Assembly (NCBI GenBank): GCA_018398765.1
Contig: JAHBMJ010000220.1
Coordinates: 1-53,519, forward strand
Length of the DNA stretch: 53,519 nucleotides
Direction: 5' to 3'
Source: Chromera velia
Lineage: Eukaryota
Positions 45,886 through 53,519 of the stretch are shown here, piece after piece (the first letter of the stretch is position 1; each line of letters opens with the position of its first letter). The position numbers were made by a program, and so were the translations under genes. The notes under the pieces are model-generated. The model was not told the origin of the DNA. It worked only from the letters and a program-made list of their open reading frames with translations, and made no database searches.

Positions 45886-46339
45886 CCCAGTCTGAAACGG
45901 GTCCCCAGTCTAAAAAGACAAGAAACAGTAATACGTAGTTTGGTTAATCAATAAACATTTATATTTATAATTTGTCATTACTGGTTCATGTCTTAGAGCG
46001 GATCAGATAGAGCTGAAACATTCTATAATATAGCAACTGTATGTGCCTAAAGATGCAACAATTTATTGTTATCAATAAATTTATGTCATCTTTTTTTGCT
46101 TTGGACACTGCCTCTTTGATCAACTTTGAGGTCCTATTTCAATGGTGATCTACTGATTATACAGAAGAACATCCGTATCTGCTATCTGATTCAGCTCTGC
46201 AATGGATCAATTGGTACAAAGAGAGCCATAACATCCCCTCTGCCTTTTAAAGATGCATGGAAAGATTAAACGCTATGAGACGTTGCCTTTCTCTATCTGC
46301 AACGGATGCCTGGACACAGCAGCAGCTGCCTTTTAACTC

Positions 46340-49300
46340 CGCAAACAATGTGGTGGCTCAGAGACAGGGGTCTCGCCCTTCTCTGTCTGCCAGAGTGGAG
46401 AGATGTATAGAGAGAGAGAGCGATCTCTGCCCTTCTTTGTCTGCAAAGAAGAACAATATACAGAGAGAGGGGTCTCTGCCCTTCTCTGTCTGCAAAAAGA
46501 AAGATGTACAGAAAGAAGTGTCTCTGCCCTTCTCTCTCTGCAAAGAAGAAAGATGTACAGAGAGAAGGGTCCTGCCCTTCTCTGTCTGTAAAGAATGAAG
46601 ATGTACAGAGAGAGGGGTCCTGCACTTCTCTATCTGCAAAGAAGAAAGATGTACAGAGAGAGGTATCCTGCCCTTCTCTATCTGCAAAGAATGAAGATGT
46701 ACAGAGAGAGGGGTCCTGCCCTTCTCTGTCTACAAAGAAGAAAGATGTACAAAGAGAGGGGTCTCTGCCTTTCTCTGTCTGCAAAGAAGAAAGATGTACA
46801 GAGAGAAGGGTCCTGTTCTTCTCTGTCTGCAAAAAAGAAAGGTATATTATACAGAGAGGGGTCTCTGCCCTTCTCTGTCTCCAAAGAAGAAAGACATACA
46901 GAGAGAGAGATCTTTGGCGTTCTCTGTCTGCAAAGAAGAAAGATGTACAGAGAGAGGGCCCTACCCTTCTCTGTCTGCAAAGAAGAAAGATGCACAGAAA
47001 GAGGGTTCTTTGGCCTTCGATCTCTGTCTGCAAAAAATGAAGATGTACAGAGAGAGGGGTCTCTACCCTTCTCTCTGTGTAAAGAAGAAGATATACAGAG
47101 AGAGGTGTCTCTGCCCTTCTCTGTCTGCAAAGAAGAAGGATATATATAGAGAGGGATCCTGCCCTTCTCTGTCTGTAAAGAAGAAAGATGTACAGAGAGA
47201 GGAATCTTTGGCCTTCTCTGTCTGTAAAGAAGAAAGATGCATAGAAAAAGGGATCTTTGACCTTCAATCTCTGTCTGCAAAGAAGAAAAATATACAGAGA
47301 GAGGTATCTCTGCCCTTCTCTATCTGAAGAAGAAAGATGTACAGAGAGAGGTGTCTCTGCCCTTCTCTGTCTACAAAGAAAAAAGATGCACAGAGAGAGG
47401 GGTATTCGCCCTTCTCTGTTTGCAAAGAATGAAAAGATGCCCAGAGAGTGGGATCTCTGCCCTTCTCTGTCTGTAAAGAATGAAGATGCACAGAGAGAGG
47501 TGTTTTCGTCCTTTTCTGTCTGCCCAAAGAATGAAAAGATATACAGAAAGAGGGATTTCTGCCATTCTCTATCTGCGAAGAATAAGAAGATGCAGAGAAA
47601 GAGGGGTCTCTGCCCTTTTGTCTGCAAAGAATGAGGATGTACAGAGAAAGGGGTCTCTACCCTTCTCTGTGTGCAAAGAAGAGAGATGTACAGAAAGAGG
47701 GGTCTCTGCCCTTCTCTGTCTACAAAGAATGAAGATGTACAGAGAGAGGGGTCCTGCCCTTCTCTGTCTGCAAAGAAGAAAGATGTACAGAGAGAGGGGT
47801 CCTGCCCTTCTCTGTCTGCAAAGAATGAAGATATACAAAGAGAGAGGTCTCTGGCCTTCTCTATTTGCAAAGAAGAAAGATGTACAGAGAGAAGGGTCTT
47901 TGGCCTTCTCTGTCTGCATAGAAGAAGGATATACAAAGAGAGGGGTCCTGCCCTTTTCTGTCTGCAAAGAAGAAAGATGTACAGAGAGAGGGTCCTGTCC
48001 TTCTCTGTTTGCGAAGAAGAAAGATATACAGAGAGAGGGGTCCTGCCTTTCTCTATCTGCAAAGAAGAAAGATGTACAGAGAGATGAGTTTTTTGACCTT
48101 CTCTGTCTGCAAAGAAGAAAGATGTACAGAAAGAGGGGTGCCGCCTTTCTCGGTCTACAAGGAAAAAAGATGTGCAGAGAGAAGGGTTCTGCTCTTCTTT
48201 GTCTGCAAAGAAGAAAGATGTACAGAGCGAGGTTCCTGCCCTTCTCTGTCTGCAAGAAGAAAGATGTACAGAGAGACGGTTCTACCCTTCTCTGTTTGCA
48301 AAGAAGAAAGATGTACAGAGAGAGGGGTCTCTGCCCTTCTCTGTCTGCAAAGAAGAAAGATGTATAGAGAGAGGGGTCCTGCCCTTTTCTGTTTGCAAAG
48401 AAGAAAGATATACAGAGAGAGGTGTTCTACCCTTCTCTGTCTGTAAAGAAGAAAGGTATACAGAGAGAGGGCCCTGCCCTTCTTTGTCTGCAAAGAAGAA
48501 GATGTATAGAGAGATAGGTCCCCGCCCTTCTCTGTCTGTACAGAAGAAGGATGTACAAAGAGAGGGGTCCTGCCCTTTTCTGTCTGCAAAGAAGAAAGAT
48601 GTACAGAGAGAGGGTCCTGCCTTTCTCTGTCTGTAAAGAATCTAGCAAAGAATAAAGATATACAGGGAGAGGGGTCCTGCCCTTCTCTGTCTGCAAAGAA
48701 TGAAGATCTACAGAGAGATGGGTTCCTGCCCTTCTCTGTCTGCAAAGAGTGAAGATGTACAGAGAGAGGGGTCCTGCCCTTCATTGCAAAAAAGAAAGAT
48801 GTACAGAGAGATGGGTTTCTTGCCCTTCTTTGTCTACAAAGAAGAAAGATGTACAGAGAGAGGGGTCTTTGCCCTTCTCTGTCTGCAAAGAATGAAGATG
48901 TACAGAGAGAGGGGTCCTACCCTTCTCTGTCTGCAAGAAGAAAGATGTACAGAGAGAGGGTTCTACCCTTCTCTGTCTGCAAAGAAGGATGTACTGAAAG
49001 AGGGGTCCTGCCCTTCTCTGTCTGCAAAGAAGAAAGATGTACAGAGAGAGCGGTCAGACTCTCTGCCCTTCTCTGTCTGGAAAGAAGAAATATGTACAGA
49101 GAGAGGGTCCTGCCCTTCTCTGTCTGCGTAAAGAATGAAAAGATACACAGAAAGAGGGAATTCGGCCCTTCAGAATCTCTGTCTGAGAAGAATAAGAAGA
49201 TGCAGAGAAAGAAGAGTCTCTGCCCTTCTTTGTCTGTAAAGAAGAAAAATGTATAGAGAGAGGGGTCCTGCTATTCTCTGTCTGCAAAGAATGAAGATGT

Positions 49301-52300
49301 ACAGAAAGAGGGGTCCTGCCCTTCTCTGTCTGCAAAGAAGAAAGATGTACAGAGAGATGGGTCCTGCTCTTCTCTGTCTGCAAAGAATGAAAAGATGCAC
49401 AGAGAGAGGGTCCTGCCCTTCTCTGGCTATAAAGAAGAAAGATGTACAGAGAGAGGGGTCTCTGCCTATCTTTTTCTACAAAGAAGAAGATCTACAGAGA
49501 GATGGGTCTCTGCCTTTCTCTATCTACAAAGAAAAAGATGTACAGAGAGAGGGTCTTACCCTTCTCTCTCTACAAAGAAGAAAGATGTACAGAGAGAGCG
49601 GTCCTGCCCTTCTCTGTCTGCAAAGAAGAAAGATGTACAGAGAGAGGGTCCTGCCCTTCTCTGTCTGTAAAGAAGAAAGATGCACAGAAAGAGGATTCTT
49701 TGGTCTTCGATCTCTGTCTGCAAAAAATGAAGATGTACAGAGAGAGGGGTCTTTGCCCTTCTCTCTGTGTAAAGAAAAAGATATACAGAGAGAGGTGTCT
49801 CTGCCCTTCTCTGTCTGCAAAGAAGAAGGATATATATAGAGAGGGGTCCTGCCCTTCTCTGTCTGTAAAGAAGAAAGATGTACAGAGAGAGGAATCTTTG
49901 GCCTTTTCTGTCTGTAAAGAAGAAAGATGCATAGAGAGAGGGGTCTTGCCCTTCATTCTAAAAAAGAAAGATGTACCGAAAGAGGGGTCCTGCCCTTCTC
50001 TGTTTGTAAAGAAGAAAGAAATACAGAGAGAGGGTCCTGCCCTTCTCTGTTTGTAAAGAAGAAAGACATACAGAGAGAGGGCTCCTGCCTTTCTCTGTCT
50101 GCAAAGAAGAAAGATGTACCGAGAGAGGGTCCTGCTCTTCTCTGTCTGCAAAGAGAAAGATGTACAGAGAGAGGGGTCCTGCCTTCCTCTGTCTGCAAAG
50201 AAGAAGACGTACAGAGAGAAAGGTCCTGCCCTTCTCTGTCTGCAAAGAGTGAAGATGCACAGAGAAAGGGGTCCTGCCCTTCTCTGTCTGCAAAGAAGAA
50301 GATGTATAGAGAGAAGGTCCTGCCCTTCTCTGTCTGCAAAGAAGAAAGATGTACCAAGAGAGGGGTCTTGCCCTTTTTTGTCTGCACAGAAGAAAGATGT
50401 ACAGAGAGAGGGGTCCTGCCCTTCTCTGTCTGCAAAGAAGAAAGATGTACTGTAACAGAGAGAGGGGTCCTGCCCTTTTCTATCTGCAAAGAAGAAAGAT
50501 ATACAGAGAGAGGGGTACCACGTTTCTCTCTCTACAAAGAAGAAAGATGTATAGAGAGATGGTCCTGCCCTTCTCTGTCTGCAAAGAATGAAGATATACA
50601 GAGAGAAGGGTTCTGCCCTTCTCTGTCTGCAAAGAAGAAAGATGTACAGAGAGAAGGGTCCTGCCCTTCTCTGTCTGCAAAAAAGAAGGATGCACAGAGA
50701 GAGGGTCCTGTCCTTCTTTGTCTGTAAAGAAGAAAGATGTACAGAGAGAGGGGTCTCTACCCTTCTCTATCTGCAAAGAAGAAAGATATACAGAGAGAGG
50801 GGTCTCTGCCCTTCTCTGTCTGCAAAGAAGAAAGATGTACACAGACAGGGTTCTGCCCTTTTCTGTCTGAAGAAGAAAGATATACAGAGAGAGGTGTCTC
50901 TGCCCTTGTTTGTCTGCAAAGAAAAAAGATGTATAGAGAGAGGGGTCCTGCCCTTCTCTGTCTGCAAATAATGAAGATGCACAGAGAGAGGGGTCCTGCC
51001 CTTCATTCTAAAAAAGAAAGATATACAGAGAGATGGGTCTCTTGCCCTTCTCTGTCTGCAAAAAAAAAAGATATACAGAGAGAGCGGTCTCTGCCCTTCT
51101 CTGTCTACAAAGAATGAAGATCTACAGAGAGAGGGGTCCTGCCCTTCTCTGTCTGCAAAGAAGAAGATGTACAGAGAGAGGGGTCGTACCCTTCTCTGTC
51201 TGCAAAGAATGAAGATGTACAGAGAGGTGGGTTCCTGCCCTTCTCTGTCTACAAAGAAGAAAGATATACAGAGAGAGGGGTCCTGCCCTTCTCTGTCTGC
51301 AAAGAAGAAAGATGTATAGAGAGAGGGGTCCTGCCCTTCTCTGTCTGCAAAGAATGAAGATGTACAGAGAGAGGGGTCCTGCCCTTCTCTGTCTGCAAAG
51401 AAGAAAGATGTATAGAGAGAGGGTCCTACCCTTCTCTGTCTGCAAAGAAGAAAGACATACAGAGAGAAGGGTCTTGCCTTTCTCTGTCTACAAAGAAGAA
51501 AGATGTACAGAGAGAGGGGTCCTGCCCTTCTCTGTCGGCAAAGAATGAAGATGTACAGAGAGAGGGGTCTCTGCCCTTCTCTGTCTGCAAAGAATGAAGA
51601 TGTACAGAGAGAGGGGTCCTGCCCTTCTCTGTCTACAAAGAGTGAAAATGTATAGAGAGAGGGATCCTGCCCTTCTCTGTCTGCAAAGAATGAAAATGTA
51701 TAGAGAGATGGGTTCCTGCCCTTCTCTGTCTGCAAAGAAGAAAGATATACAGAGAGAGAGGTCCTGCACTTCTCTGTCTGCAAAGAAGAAAGATGTACAG
51801 AGAGAGGGGTCCTGCCCTTCTCTGTCTGCAAAGAATGAAGATGTACAGAGAGAGGGGTCCTGCCCTTCTCTGTCTGCAAAGAAGAAAGATGTACAGAGAG
51901 AGGGGTCCTGCCCTTTTGTATCTACAAAGAAGAAAGATATACAGAGAGAGGGGTACCACGTTTCTCTCTCTGCAAAGAAGAAAGATGTACAGAGAGAGGG
52001 TCGTGCCCTTCTCTGTCTGCAAAGAATGAAGATGTACAGAGAGAAGGGTCCTGCCCTTCTCTGTCTGCAAAGAAGCACGATATACAGAGAAAAGGGTCTT
52101 GCCCTTCTCTGTTTGCAAAGAAGAAGATGTACAGAGAGAAAGGTCCTGCCCTTCTCTGTCTGCAAAGAGGGAAGATGCACAGAGAGAGGGGTCCTGCCCT
52201 TCATTCTAAAAAAGAAAGATGTACAGAGAGAGGGGTCTCTGCCCTTCTCTGTCTGTAAAGAAAAAAGATGTACAGAGAGAGGGTCCTGCCGGTCTCTGTC

Positions 52301-53519
52301 TACAAAGAAGAAAGATGTACAGAGAGAGGGTCCTACCCTTCTCTGTCTGCGAAGAAGAAAGATGTACCTAGAGAGGGGTTGTGCCCTTCTCTGTCTGCAC
52401 AGAAGAAAGATGTACAGAGAGAGGGGTCCTGCCCTTCTCTGTCTGCAAAGAAGAAAGATGTATAGAGAGAGGGGTCCTGCCTTTCTCTATCTGCAAAGAA
52501 GAAAGATGTACAGAGAGAGGGGTCCTGCCCTTTTCCGTCTGCAAAGAATGAAGATATACAGAGAGAGGGTCCCGCCCTTCTCTGTTTGCACAGAAGAAGG
52601 ATATACAGAGAGAGGGTCCTGTCCTTCTCTGTCTGCAAAGAAGAAAGATGTACACAGAGAGGGGTCCTGCCCTTCTCTGTCTGCAAAGAAGAAAGATGTA
52701 CAGAGAGAAGGTCCTGCCCTTCTCTGTCTGCAAAGAAGAAAGATGTACCGAGAGAGGGGTCCTGCCCTTCTCTGTCTGCAAAGAAGAAAGATGTATAGAG
52801 AGAGGGGTCCTGCTTTTCTCTGTCTGCAAAGAAGAAAGATGTACAGAGAGAGGCGTCCTGCCCTTTTAAATCTGTAAAGAAGAAAGATATACAGAGAGTG
52901 GGGTACCACGTATCTCTGTCTGCAAAGAATGAAGATGTACAGAGAGAGGGTCCTGCCCTTCTCTGTCTGCAAAGAATGAAGATGTACAGAGAGGAGGGTC
53001 CTACCCTTCTCTGTGTACAAAAAAGAAGGATGCACAGAGAGGGGGTCCTGTCCTTCTCTGTCTGCAAAGAAGAAAGATGTACAGAGAGAAGGGTCTCTAC
53101 CCTTTTCTATCTGCAAGGAAGAAAGATGTACAGAGAGAGGGGTCTCTGCCCTTCTCTGTCTGCAAAGAAGAAAGATGTACAGAGGGGTCTCTGCCCTTCT
53201 CTGTCTGTAAAGAATGAAGATGTACAGAGAGAGGGGTCCTGCCCTTCTCTGTCTGCAAAGAATGAAGATGTACAGAGAGAGGGGTCTTGCCCTTCTCTGT
53301 CTGCAAAGAATGAAGATGTACAGAGAGATGGGTTCCTGCCCTTCTCTGTCTGCAAAGAACAAAGATATATAGAGAGAGGGGTCCCGCCCTTCTTTGTCTG
53401 CAAAAAAGAAAGATATATAGAGAGAGGGGTCCTGCCCTTCTCTGTCTGCAAAGAATGAAGATGTACAGAGAGAGGGGTCCTGCCCTTCTCTGTCTGCAAA
53501 GAATGAAGATGTACAGAGA
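46340..53519. repeat. Satellite array, ~48-bp unit (47-49 variants), roughly 150 copies, running off the window
   Basis: Consensus GCAAAGAAGAAAGATGTACAGAGAGAGGGGTCCTGCCCTTCTCTGTCT; more diverged at the left edge. Confidence 0.97.

Noticed and set aside
46257..53499. Long repetitive ORFs in all frames, or a CRISPR-like array
   Set aside because: By-products of a ~48-bp (multiple of 3) satellite; frames break at 47/49-bp units and there are no spacers.

Overview
Eukaryotic, intron- and microsatellite-rich DNA. The style suggests an apicomplexan relative such as a chromerid, but this is inference only. Left half: an intronless bacterial-type ChrR cupin gene (615-1415, -) sits head-to-head with a 38-exon gene for the second-largest subunit of RNA polymerase I (RPA2, 2213-24280, +, about 1432 aa by my manual exon assembly). 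Three of its 3' splice sites are tandemly duplicated, one into a 16-copy array. Middle: decayed non-LTR retrotransposon fragments, a MYND-finger pseudogene and hypothetical genes. Right: a 10.6-kb CAC-ended DNA transposon (34273-44873, 37-bp TIRs, 2-bp TSD, empty-site copy present in the window) encodes a degenerate RAG1/Transib/Chapaev-like (CMC) transposase and a convergent partner gene. That partner gene is interrupted by a 5.3-kb TIR element carrying a long (CA)n tract, a 650-bp palindrome and a 185-bp exon+intron tandem array. The window ends in a >7-kb 48-bp hairpin satellite. Repeats and pseudogenes show strongly transition-biased decay. All calls come from manual reading; no searches were run.
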